Shown: positions 18,224 through 26,975 of the stretch, piece by piece
How positions within the stretch are numbered: position 1 is the stretch's first letter
Layout: every line of letters starts with the position of its first letter
NCBI GenBank assembly: GCA_963745835.1
Contig: CAVUZH010000001.1
Span: forward strand, 1 to 64,000
Reading direction: 5' to 3'
DNA: 64,000 nucleotides
Source of the DNA: an uncultured delta proteobacterium
GTDB lineage: Bacteria; Desulfobacterota; Binatia; UBA9968
Notes under the pieces: generated by a model
Databases searched by the model: none
What the model was told of the DNA's origin: nothing
What the model saw: the letters and a program-made list of their open reading frames with translations, nothing else
Program-made: the position numbers and the translations under genes

Positions 18224-20263
18224 TTACCAGAAGTGAATCGTTATACCCCCCTTGACGGTGAAGGGATCGCCGGGAGTGAAATGTGAATCAAGAGTTCCAA
18301 CCCCGGATGGTTCCGTGGAAAGTCTCGACTCAAATACGTGCTCCGCCGAACGCCATTTAGTGTTGGCCAGGTTTTGAAACTCCACGAAAAATTCATAGCG
18401 CTGCCAAACGTATTTCAAAAAAAAATCGAAGATAGTCGAAGACGGGGTTTTGATGCTGCCGTCTTCGATACCGTAGCGGGAGCCGACATGGCGCATTTGC
18501 AAGCGGCCCTGAACGCCGGATTCATGGCGCGCGGTGATTCCCGTGAACGCCAGAAAGCGCGGCGCCAGGGGAACTTTGTCGCCGTTGGTAAATTTTGCCC
18601 AGGTATACGAAAGGTCGAGATCGTAGGACAGCCACGGCAGAATATCGTAACGGACCTCGCTCTCAATCCCATGGCGGTTGCTGGGCCCCGCCGGCTCGAA
18701 GGTTCCTTCGTCGCCAACGAAGACGAGCTCGCTTTCCAGGTATGAACGCCAGTAGGCGAACGTGACGTCCAGGCGATCGAAAAGCCGCGTTTTGGAACCC
18801 AGCTCGCCGCCCCAAAACCGCGGGATTTTTTCGTCGGGATCCTGGACGAAAACACGCGCGTCGTTACTGTGAAAACCGCCGCCAAAGTTTAAAAACAAAT
18901 TAGTTCCTTTGACGGCATTGGTATCTTGAAACGGCGTGAAAATAAAATTGAGCTTGGGATTAATGATGGAGGCAGAACCGTTGCCGGAAATCGGGTTGCT
19001 CATACTGCCCGAATCGCCGATCTGGTCCACATCGTACCAGAAATTATCTAGCCGAACTCCGAGTTGGGTGCGTAGCCAGGAGGTGGGCTTGATTTCCTGT
19101 TGAGCGAACCAGCCCAGATTGGTTTGACGTACTAAATTGTTGCTTCTGGTCTCGAGACGCTCGCGCTCCCTTTGATCAAATAGACCCACACGGATGTGGT
19201 CGAACCGGCTTTGAAAACCGACGAACGTCTCCATCGGCAAACCCCAAACGTTATAGCTCCGTCGATAATTAATGTTATTGCCGATTAAAAAACGTTTGTC
19301 CTTTTGCTCGATGCCGTCGCCATTCACCTCGTCATTGAGAAATAGTGTAAAGTTCGACCAAAGTTGGAGCGTGTACCATGAAGCCCAGGTCTGAGCATTG
19401 AAGCTCTGATTGGCGTCCGTATAGTTGTAAAGCAGACTCAGATTTTGCCGTTCCGACTTTCCTCCCTCACTCGGATCGAACGATCCGAAGCGACCGATCT
19501 CGCCGCTACGAACCGCGCGTGCGGGCAGCTCGCCGGACGCATCCCAAGCGGTCTTGAAGAACGTGCCGAGGAAGTTCAAATTTGAATTCGCCGTCGACAG
19601 CAGACCAAACTTGGCGAGCAGGTTATATCGGTTGTAATTGTTTTCACTCTTGAAGGGTCCGTCATTATGATAAAACTCGCCGGCGATAAAGGGACGCAAG
19701 GGGGTTCCTTCGGGCGGTGATAGGATGCCTACGTAACGCTGCGTGTTATAACTTCCGCCGCTCAAAGTGAGCGTGCTGTCTTTGTCACTTTTTTTGGTGA
19801 TGATGTTCATGGCGCCCGATGTGGCGAAGTCGCCGAGATGCGCAAAATACGGTCCCTTGTATATCTCCACTCGATCGATGGTCTCGGGAATGAGCCAGTG
19901 CATATCGGCGTATCCCTGACCATGCGCATGGCTCACCATGTTTACCGGCATGCCGTCGATAAAAACCGCATAGTCGGTGCCGTGATCGGAATCGAAACCG
20001 CGAAATAGAATCTGGTCCGCTTTGCCGCCACCATGATGCTGGCCGATAGTCAAGCTGGGAGTCAGGCGCATGACGTCGCTCGGGGTATTCGATGGTCGTA
20101 GCTGCAGGTCGCGCTGCCATCGGGTCTGCTCCGTTGCCGCGGAGGTGGGCTGCTGGCCCCAGATATAGACCTCTTCAACCGAAGAATCCGCTTCTGCCGT
20201 ATGGGCGTTGGCATAGCTCCAGGCCGATACGAGCGCGAGCAAAAGCAAAGCTGCAACGGGCAT
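18224..20263 (-). CDS. TonB-dependent outer-membrane receptor (probable metal uptake)
   Basis: Plug QHHGGGKADQ…RGFDSDHGTD…SHAHGQGYAD…KGPYFA; beta-barrel ending in aromatic residues (IHFW). Confidence 0.9.
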   Translation of the reverse strand: MPVAALLLLALVSAWSYANAHTAEADSSVEEVYIWGQQPTSAATEQTRWQRDLQLRPSNTPSDVMRLTPSLTIGQHHGGGKADQILFRGFDSDHGTDYAVFIDGMPVNMVSHAHGQGYADMHWLIPETIDRVEIYKGPYFAHLGDFATSGAMNIITKKSDKDSTLTLSGGSYNTQRYVGILSPPEGTPLRPFIAGEFYHNDGPFKSENNYNRYNLLAKFGLLSTANSNLNFLGTFFKTAWDASGELPARAVRSGEIGRFGSFDPSEGGKSERQNLSLLYNYTDANQSFNAQTWASWYTLQLWSNFTLFLNDEVNGDGIEQKDKRFLIGNNINYRRSYNVWGLPMETFVGFQSRFDHIRVGLFDQRERERLETRSNNLVRQTNLGWFAQQEIKPTSWLRTQLGVRLDNFWYDVDQIGDSGSMSNPISGNGSASIINPKLNFIFTPFQDTNAVKGTNLFLNFGGGFHSNDARVFVQDPDEKIPRFWGGELGSKTRLFDRLDVTFAYWRSYLESELVFVGDEGTFEPAGPSNRHGIESEVRYDILPWLSYDLDLSYTWAKFTNGDKVPLAPRFLAFTGITARHESGVQGRLQMRHVGSRYGIEDGSIKTPSSTIFDFFLKYVWQRYEFFVEFQNLANTKWRSAEHVFESRLSTEPSGVGTLDSHFTPGDPFTVKGGITIHFW

Positions 20264-20305
20264 CGTGAAGGTTTCTCCCGCTACGCACGATTTTTCGTTT
20301 TCTGC

Positions 20306-21574
20306 TTAATGATGGCTCTGAGCGACAGCGCCGGGTTGTTGACCGGTGGCGATTCTATGGAAGCGGCCGAACAGCACGCAGGCACTAGCCAAAATGAACG
20401 AGGCTGCCATCGCGACAAAAGCGACGGTCAGTCCTAACCACTCGCTCAGGTAACCAACCGCGGGTGACCAGAAGGCGCCGGCGAGGAAAGTTGCGGTATA
20501 GAACCAGGCAAAGCCGGTGTCGCGACTGCTATCCGAGGTGGTATGGGTGACCAACGTTTGCAGAATTGGGTGGGTCCCAAATGCCGTCACGCCCAGTACT
20601 AATGAAGCGATGGCGACACCTACATAACTGCTGCCCAAGGCAGGAATGATCAAAGTTGTGAGTGCTGAAAGCAGATAGGCGGTCAACAAGACTCGTTGGG
20701 GGTGGTAACGATCGGCTAGTTTACCGCCGAGCATGGGGCCGAAAATGCTGCCGATGTTCATCAAGGTAAAAACAACCCCGATGGCGGTGGCATCCATACC
20801 GAGATTGTGGCTCAAGTACAATGGAAGAAAGCTGGAGATAATGCCGTGACCGGATCCGCCGGCTGCGACGATCGCTGCAATCAAAATCCAGCGTAGGTTT
20901 CGGTTGGCGATCACCTGGCCGCTGTCCTGCCAAAATGTCGATGTCCTGGCCTCGTGGCGGATTTGGCTAGTCGCGGGATCCTTCAGCCACAGCGACATGG
21001 CGACACCGACCAAAATCGCCGGAACCGCGAAAAGAATGACCGTGCCGCGCCAGCCCCAGAGAGAAATCAGGATCGCGGCACACAGCGGGATCATCGCTGT
21101 TCCGATATTGCCGGCGGTGAAGTGAGTGGCCAGCGCGGTGCCGAGTTTTCGCTTCTTAAAGTGATGCGACAACAAGGAGGCCCCGACGGGGTGTTGGGCG
21201 GCTCCGCCGACCCTGGACATGACCGTCCAGAAGAAGAACTGAAAATAGCTCTGCGCGAGGCCGACAAAAACAAAGCAGACTCCGACACTGGCGTTCCCGA
21301 TGCCGAGGATTTGATGGCGCGGCAGGATTCGTCCCAGCGCGCCGGCACCAAGTTGCAGCAGTCCGCCGACGGCGCTTGCCACTCCGAGCATGATGCCGAG
21401 TTCACCATAGCCAAAGTTGAGATCGCGCAGCACGAGGGGAAATACCAGCGGCTTAAGCGCCCCCTGCGCATGATTGATTCCGTGTGCCAAGCTGACGAGG
21501 GTCAGCGCGGCCGACGAGCGCGCGCTCGCATCATCTGCGACGGCGATGTCGTGAACGTGCTCTGGTGATTTCAT
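20306..21574 (-). CDS. MFS transporter (Fsr-like)
   Basis: About 12 TM; LAHGINH, QHP, GGKLADRY motif. Confidence 0.88.
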   Translation of the reverse strand: MKSPEHVHDIAVADDASARSSAALTLVSLAHGINHAQGALKPLVFPLVLRDLNFGYGELGIMLGVASAVGGLLQLGAGALGRILPRHQILGIGNASVGVCFVFVGLAQSYFQFFFWTVMSRVGGAAQHPVGASLLSHHFKKRKLGTALATHFTAGNIGTAMIPLCAAILISLWGWRGTVILFAVPAILVGVAMSLWLKDPATSQIRHEARTSTFWQDSGQVIANRNLRWILIAAIVAAGGSGHGIISSFLPLYLSHNLGMDATAIGVVFTLMNIGSIFGPMLGGKLADRYHPQRVLLTAYLLSALTTLIIPALGSSYVGVAIASLVLGVTAFGTHPILQTLVTHTTSDSSRDTGFAWFYTATFLAGAFWSPAVGYLSEWLGLTVAFVAMAASFILASACVLFGRFHRIATGQQPGAVAQSHH

Positions 21575-21592
21575 TTCAAAGCTCCGCTTATC

Positions 21593-21619
21593 GTAGCAAC
21601 AATTTGAAAAAGGTGTTAC
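21593..21619. promoter_or_regulatory. Putative NikR operator overlapping the MFS/TBDT promoter
   Basis: GTAGCAA-N13-GTGTTAC; overlaps a minus-strand extended -10 TG-C-TACGAT. Confidence 0.65.
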
Positions 21620-21635
21620 CCGTAAATAAAATTTT

Positions 21636-22052
21636 TTAATGCTTCAGTTCCGGCGAAGTCGTCACCAGCTTGCCGTTTTGCACCCCTTTGGTCGCTATCA
21701 GTTTACCCGCAATCTCGTGCACCTTATCGCCGCGTCCGCGGATGACAATCACCTCCAGACAATTATGCTCGTCCAGATGAATGTGCAGGCTGGCATTCAC
21801 TGTAACCTCGGCTTTGTGCTGCATATCGGCGAGAACATCACTGAGTCTGTGGATCCGATGGTCATAGACTAGCGTCACTACGCCGATGACCTCAGAGTCG
21901 CCCTGACCCACTCGCTTCTGGATTAGGTGATCGCGAATCAAATCGCGAATTGCTTCCGAGCGGTTTTGGTAGCCTAGGCCGTCGATGCTATGATCGAAAG
22001 CACTCAGAAGATCTTCTTCGAGCGAAACGCCAAAGCGGGAAAGATGGTGCAT
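21636..22052 (-). CDS. nikR: Nickel-responsive regulator NikR
   Basis: RHH MHHLSRFGVSLEEDLL…GYQNRSEAIRDLIR; Ni site QH…HIH…C (MQHKAE…LHIHLDEHNCLE); ATG 22052. Confidence 0.95.
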   Translation of the reverse strand: MHHLSRFGVSLEEDLLSAFDHSIDGLGYQNRSEAIRDLIRDHLIQKRVGQGDSEVIGVVTLVYDHRIHRLSDVLADMQHKAEVTVNASLHIHLDEHNCLEVIVIRGRGDKVHEIAGKLIATKGVQNGKLVTTSPELKH

Positions 22053-22073
22053 TGATTTTCCTGAATATGTGGC

Positions 22074-22100
22074 GTAACACGTTTTTTTTATTTGTGTCAA
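22074..22100. promoter_or_regulatory. Putative NikR autoregulatory operator overlapping nikR -35
   Basis: GTAACAC-N13-GTGTCAA; right half is TTGACA on the minus strand. Confidence 0.65.
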
Positions 22101-22220
22101 GCATCCTTTGAAGCTTAGGATGCTGGAAAAGCAGATCTGTGACTTGGCACGCTCCATTACGGGTCATGCTGGAACCGTGGACGGCTTAGCCATCGAGTCC
22201 TATCAGAGTAGGCGATAATC

Positions 22221-22988
22221 ATGTCAAAAAAATGGCTGAGGCAGGTCTGCTCGATTGCCGCTCTTTTTCTGATGACTGCTCCGCCCGCAGCTATCGCCAA
22301 TGAAATTGTGGTTTCTGCGGCGGCGAGCCTGACAGATGCTCTCAAAGAGATCGGTCGTGCGTACCAGTCCAAATCCAAAACCAAAGTAACGTTCGTCTTC
22401 GCTTCCTCCAGCACTCTCGCTCGCCAGATCGAAGCAGGAGCGCCAGCTGATGTTTTCTTTTCCGCCGATGTCCAAACCATGGACGCCTTAGAAAAGAACG
22501 GACGATTGGAACCAGGCACGCGAAAGCAGCTGTTGTCGAACCAGCTAGTGATTATCGTCTCGGCTGATAAGCCGATCGTAGTCAACTCGCCGGAGGATTT
22601 GCTGGACCCGCGAGTTAGAAAGATAGCTTTGGCTGAACCGTCCTCAGTGCCGGCCGGTGTATATAGCAAAGCGTACCTTGAGAGCTTGGGGTTGTGGGAC
22701 AAAATCAAACCGAAAGTTGTTCCTGTACTGGACGTTCGGGCGACGCTAGCTTCGATAGAATCAGGCAACGTCGAAGTGGGCTTTGTTTACAAAACTGACG
22801 CGGCGAGTTCTAAAAGGGTAAAGACCGTGTTTGAAGTGCCCATTGGCAAAGGCCCAAAGATCACCTATCCGGTGGCGATTCTGAAAGAATCAAAAAGTAA
22901 AGCCGCAGCCAAGGAGTTCTTGAATGTGATGGTGAGTCCCTCCGGAGTGGACGTTTTCAAACGGTATGGCTTCGTTGTCTTGCAATAA
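22221..22988 (+). CDS. modA: Molybdate ABC transporter substrate-binding protein
   Basis: SAAASLTDA, ASSSTLARQIEAGAPADVFFSA, VPAGVY, VYKTDA. Confidence 0.93.
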   Translation: MSKKWLRQVCSIAALFLMTAPPAAIANEIVVSAAASLTDALKEIGRAYQSKSKTKVTFVFASSSTLARQIEAGAPADVFFSADVQTMDALEKNGRLEPGTRKQLLSNQLVIIVSADKPIVVNSPEDLLDPRVRKIALAEPSSVPAGVYSKAYLESLGLWDKIKPKVVPVLDVRATLASIESGNVEVGFVYKTDAASSKRVKTVFEVPIGKGPKITYPVAILKESKSKAAAKEFLNVMVSPSGVDVFKRYGFVVLQ

Positions 22989-23011
22989 ATCTCTAGGAAC
23001 ACGGTTTAGTC

Positions 23012-23686
23012 TTGTTCGTCACCATAGAAACCTGGCAAATCACACTCTTTAGTGTCGCGGTTGCCCTGGGTAGTACGTTAGTCATCCTGCCTTTTGGGGT
23101 TGCGCTAGCGTGGATCTTTGCCCGCAAGGAATGGCCGTTAAAGGCGGTAATCGAGACGGTGGTGCTTTTACCATTGGTAATGCCGCCGGTCTCGACCGGG
23201 TTGATACTGCTTGAGATCTTTGGACGCCGGAGTCCTGTGGGGGAGTGGCTCTACAATCGAGGAGTAGAAATCGTATTCAATTGGAAAGGCGTTCTGATAG
23301 CCATGGCGGTAATGTCTTTTCCGCTTCTTGTCAGGGCGGCGAGAACATCCTTCTCAGAGGTCAATCCCCGTTTTGAGCAAATCGCGGCGACGTTGGGGGC
23401 CTCGCGGTGGAGGATCTTCTTCGTGATCACCATTCCTCTGGCGTTTAGAGGCGTTATCGCCGGATCGCTGCTGGCGTTTTCGCGCGCGTTGGGAGAGTTT
23501 GGCGCGACGATTTTGTTAGCCGGCAATATACCCGGCAGGACTCAAACTCTTTCACTGGCCATATTCAATTATGTGCAAACGGGCAGAGAGCATGAAGCGT
23601 ATATCCTTCTAAGCATTACCGTGTTGATCGCATTCGCGTCCGTTTGGTGTTCCGAGTGGCTGCTGCATTCCACTAAACGGACGTGA
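23012..23686 (+). CDS. modB: Molybdate ABC transporter permease
   Basis: LPLVMPPV, FSRALGEFGAT…AGNIPGRTQT. Confidence 0.93.
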   Translation: MFVTIETWQITLFSVAVALGSTLVILPFGVALAWIFARKEWPLKAVIETVVLLPLVMPPVSTGLILLEIFGRRSPVGEWLYNRGVEIVFNWKGVLIAMAVMSFPLLVRAARTSFSEVNPRFEQIAATLGASRWRIFFVITIPLAFRGVIAGSLLAFSRALGEFGATILLAGNIPGRTQTLSLAIFNYVQTGREHEAYILLSITVLIAFASVWCSEWLLHSTKRT

Positions 23687-24762
23687 TCATGCTATTGCGC
23701 TGTCGGATCCCGTTGCCGGATTTTGCTGTGGATCTTGATGCATCGTTCGATGCACGAGTTACGTCGATCTTTGGGCCTTCCGGGTCCGGCAAGACCACGA
23801 TTCTCGACGCCATCGCCGGATTGATCGATGTTACCGAGGGAGAAATCGAGATCGACGGAAGAATCCTGTTCTCATCGACGCGCGGTATCAATCTTTCACC
23901 GCAGCAGCGGTTTATCGGTTATGTGCCCCAAGAAGCGGCGCTGTTCCCGCATCTATCGGTTCAGCAAAACGTTCTGTTCGGTTCGAATCGTGCCAGTGGC
24001 ATAACCCCAAGGGCAAAAATAGAGACCGCTCACGTATTGGCTGTGCTTGAGATTGCAAATCTCCTGGATCGTCCCATCGCCAAGCTCTCCGGCGGAGAGG
24101 CGCAGAGAGTTGCTTTAGCGCGCGCGGTGCTGTCGCGCCCACAACTGCTCCTTTTGGATGAACCTCTAGCCGCATTGGACATCGCGCTTAGGGAAAAAAT
24201 ACTTCCCTATCTCAGCCGCGTGCGGGATGAGTTCTCGATTCCGGTGATCTATGTGACGCATAACCTGTCTGAAGTACTGGCTCTGGCGGATTGGATTTTG
24301 ATGATCCATAAAGGTCGATTGTTGGCCCAGGGAGTTCCGAAAGACGTGCTGAGATCACCGGATACAATCGCACAACTCGCAGAGGAGCAACTGCAAAATG
24401 TCTTCGCTGTAATGATTATAAACGCAGATCGAGTTGCCGGTCGGACCCGAGTTCAACTCGAGTCCGGCCAGGAGCTTTTCGTTCCGTATGTTGCACAGGC
24501 CGCGGGCCAGTCAATGCAGGTGCGCATAAGCCCCGGCGATATCCTTATAAGTACAGAGCGGCCCGAAGGGATCTCTGCCGGCAACATCATTCCTGGATTT
24601 ATTCGACGCATTGTGCGATCCGATGGGCAGGCAATGGTGGTGGTAGACGCCGGCGCTGAATTTTACGTGCGCCTAACAGCTTCCGCGGTCGATAAGCTCG
24701 AGCTGGTCGAAGACCACCCGGTATTTCTAATCATGAAGACTCACTCGTTTCGAATCTTGTAA
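23683..24762 (+). CDS. modC: Molybdate ABC transporter ATP-binding protein
   Basis: GPSGSGKTT, LSGGEAQRVA, C-terminal TOBE (ISAGNI). Confidence 0.92.
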   Translation: MIMLLRCRIPLPDFAVDLDASFDARVTSIFGPSGSGKTTILDAIAGLIDVTEGEIEIDGRILFSSTRGINLSPQQRFIGYVPQEAALFPHLSVQQNVLFGSNRASGITPRAKIETAHVLAVLEIANLLDRPIAKLSGGEAQRVALARAVLSRPQLLLLDEPLAALDIALREKILPYLSRVRDEFSIPVIYVTHNLSEVLALADWILMIHKGRLLAQGVPKDVLRSPDTIAQLAEEQLQNVFAVMIINADRVAGRTRVQLESGQELFVPYVAQAAGQSMQVRISPGDILISTERPEGISAGNIIPGFIRRIVRSDGQAMVVVDAGAEFYVRLTASAVDKLELVEDHPVFLIMKTHSFRIL

Positions 24763-24874
24763 GCCAACCGGCCTTGCTGATCTTCCTTTGGTATCCGAAC
24801 AGTCGAGGTCTGCCTCTGATTTTGCTAAAGTCGCCTTTGTTCATATCCACAATAGCCGATCGGCCCCGTACGCG

Positions 24875-25306
24875 ATGATTGTAATGAAGCAAACTCTCTG
24901 GCTTATGTTCCTCCTAAGCACAGTTGCGTGTGGACGCAGCGAACGGATGGATGCGCTCTACGCGCAACGCTGCCTCGGCTGTCATGGCCAAGCTGGAAAT
25001 GGGGATGGCCCGTTGGCGCAGTCGTTACCGATTCGGCCTCCTGACTTCAGGGATACCGTTGAGCGCAGAACCAACGGCCAAATACGTAAAGCAATTGCCG
25101 AAGGGCAAGGCACGATGCCCGCGTTTAGCCCGGCGCTTCGTCAGTCCGAAATTTCGGACATGCTGCAAATGGTAAGATTTCTCAGCCGTGAGGGCCGGGA
25201 TACTCGCTGGTGGGAAAAATTCGATACCCTGGTGGTTGCTCACTGCAGTCTTCCATGGGAAACGATTCTCGGTTACGACGACCCAGCTGAACAATCGAAG
25301 CGGTGA
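24875..25306 (+). CDS. Monoheme cytochrome c lipoprotein
   Basis: Lipobox TVAC, CLGCH heme motif, GTMPAF distal Met; start 24875 or 24884. Confidence 0.82.
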   Translation: MIVMKQTLWLMFLLSTVACGRSERMDALYAQRCLGCHGQAGNGDGPLAQSLPIRPPDFRDTVERRTNGQIRKAIAEGQGTMPAFSPALRQSEISDMLQMVRFLSREGRDTRWWEKFDTLVVAHCSLPWETILGYDDPAEQSKR

Positions 25307-25369
25307 TGCTTCACGCATAAACCAACAGACCTCGCAACTTGAGCGAGGATCGTGAGTCCGACAATGAAC

Positions 25370-25398
25370 TTGACAAGGGTAAGCCTTAAAACTAAACT
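25370..25398 (+). promoter_or_regulatory. Putative sigma70 promoter of the zapB-like/zapA operon
   Basis: TTGACA-N17-TAAACT. Confidence 0.6.
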
Positions 25399-25428
25399 CA
25401 AACATGAAGTTTGAAAGAAACAAAAGTC

Positions 25429-25659
25429 ATGGCTGTCGATGCAATTGAACAACTCGAAGTGAAGATCAATCGGCTGATCGAGCAGCATGAGAAAGCTAAA
25501 AGAGAAAAGGAATTAGTTGAAAAAAAGCTTCAGCAAAAAGAGAGCGAGTGGCACCACCTCAAAGGGCAGATTCGTCAATATGAGCGTGAACGTCTCGAGC
25601 TACGGGAGAAGCTCGATAAAATTATCGGTCAGTTCTCAACCCTCGACGTCTCAGAATGA
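25429..25659 (+). CDS. ZapB-like coiled-coil cell-division protein
   Basis: Short heptad coiled coil (IEQLEVKINRLI) directly upstream of zapA. Confidence 0.65.
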   Translation: MAVDAIEQLEVKINRLIEQHEKAKREKELVEKKLQQKESEWHHLKGQIRQYERERLELREKLDKIIGQFSTLDVSE

Positions 25660-25674
25660 GCTGGAGTAAGCGGT

Positions 25675-25953
25675 ATGAAGAGATCGCTAAATGTGGAGAT
25701 TCTCGGTCAAAGTTTTACCGTTAGCAGCGATGCGGAAGAAAGCTACATATTGAGAGTGGCGAGTTATGTCAATGAGAAAATGCAGGAACTGTCTCGCGCT
25801 TCAAAGCCGGCAGCCAAATCGAACGTTGCGATGTTAACAGCCCTCAATATCGCCGACGAGTATCACCGGCTAAAAGAAACTCATGAAACGATGGTAAAAC
25901 GAGTGAATCAGCTTTCAAAAGAATTGTCAGCTCGATTAAGTGAGGAAGCTTAA
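25675..25953 (+). CDS. zapA: Cell division protein ZapA
   Basis: VEILGQSF…VASYVNEKM…AMLTALNIADE. Confidence 0.9.
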   Translation: MKRSLNVEILGQSFTVSSDAEESYILRVASYVNEKMQELSRASKPAAKSNVAMLTALNIADEYHRLKETHETMVKRVNQLSKELSARLSEEA

Positions 25954-26044
25954 GGAGCTTAGATTGGCTGTGATGTTCATCGACGATGCACCTTGGAACC
26001 TAGAGTGGAGTCGTTTGCAACAGCCAAACGGCGGATCCTTAAGT

Positions 26045-26330
26045 GGGCGGCTGGGAAAGATGATGAGAATTAGGGGAGCAAAGATCTTTCAAAATCTGAT
26101 GTGTTGGGTGCTCGAGTGTTTGGGGTATCTCCGCGCACGCGGAATACGACTGGAGCGGTTTAGGTTTAATAGAGTTGATGAATTGGCGCCAAGTACGGCA
26201 GAATACACGCCTGTGGTTATTTTAGCCGGGGGGCGACTCTCTCGAGGACCCACCTTCTCGATCCGACGTTCAGATCTTTAGAATACAATCCTCCTCCCGC
26301 AACTTCTCCTCGCTTTCGATTCCCCGCCGC
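26045..26330 (+). ncRNA. ssrS: 6S RNA (probable, unusually long)
   Basis: Canonical zapA-ssrS-5-FTHF cyclo-ligase position; stems 26080-87/26272-79 and 26106-16/26241-51 flank a central bubble with CCCACCT…GTTCA; ends approximate. Confidence 0.65.
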
Positions 26331-26351
26331 GGACTGACCGTAGGGGATTAA

Positions 26352-26954
26352 ATGTCCGAGAGCAAAACCGCCTTACGGGTTGCGCTAATGTCTCAGCGGA
26401 GTTCGCTCGCCAACGAAACAGCCGAGTGCTGGAGTCGCTCGATTCAGGCACGGCTTCTCGAAACATCTTTATACCGGTCGGCAAATGCGGTCGCTCTTTA
26501 CAGCTCAGTGCAAAATGAGGCGGCTACTGAGAAGATAAGAGATCACTCATTGCGCGATGGCAAAAGAGTCGTTTATCCACGTTTGCTTCCAAATCGCAGT
26601 GTAGAGTTTGTCGAGATTGAATCCGCTACCGAATTGGTCTGCGGTAAATCAGGTATTCCCGAGCCCATTGGCGATAAGGTCTTGAGCCAATGTGCCGACG
26701 TTGATCTCTTGCTGATTGTGCCCGGGGTCGCGTTTGACCGCAGAGGAAATCGGTTAGGTCGGGGTCAAGCCTGGTACGACCGCGTGATTCGTCAATGGGG
26801 TTCACGGGCAACGCCGGTAGGGTTGGCCTACGAATTTCAAGTTATTGATCGCGTGCCGGTGGATCCATGGGACGAGAGGGTTCTTTTTGTTTTAACTCAG
26901 GAGAGGTTTATTGATTGTCAGAAAATGCCCGAGCAGACCAAGCAGGTTTGTTAA
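26352..26954 (+). CDS. 5-formyltetrahydrofolate cyclo-ligase
   Basis: IVPGVAFDRRGNRLGRGQAWYDR, GIPEP. Confidence 0.92.
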   Translation: MSESKTALRVALMSQRSSLANETAECWSRSIQARLLETSLYRSANAVALYSSVQNEAATEKIRDHSLRDGKRVVYPRLLPNRSVEFVEIESATELVCGKSGIPEPIGDKVLSQCADVDLLLIVPGVAFDRRGNRLGRGQAWYDRVIRQWGSRATPVGLAYEFQVIDRVPVDPWDERVLFVLTQERFIDCQKMPEQTKQVC

Positions 26955-26975
26955 AATCACATCACCAGAAAGGGG

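Noticed and set aside
22053-22157. 35-codon N-terminal extension of NikR in the ORF track
   Set aside because: It spans the promoter/operator; the RHH domain begins at ATG 22052.
25940-26281. 113-aa ORF between zapA and the cyclo-ligase gene
   Set aside because: Overlaps the structured 6S RNA-like region and shows no protein-family features.
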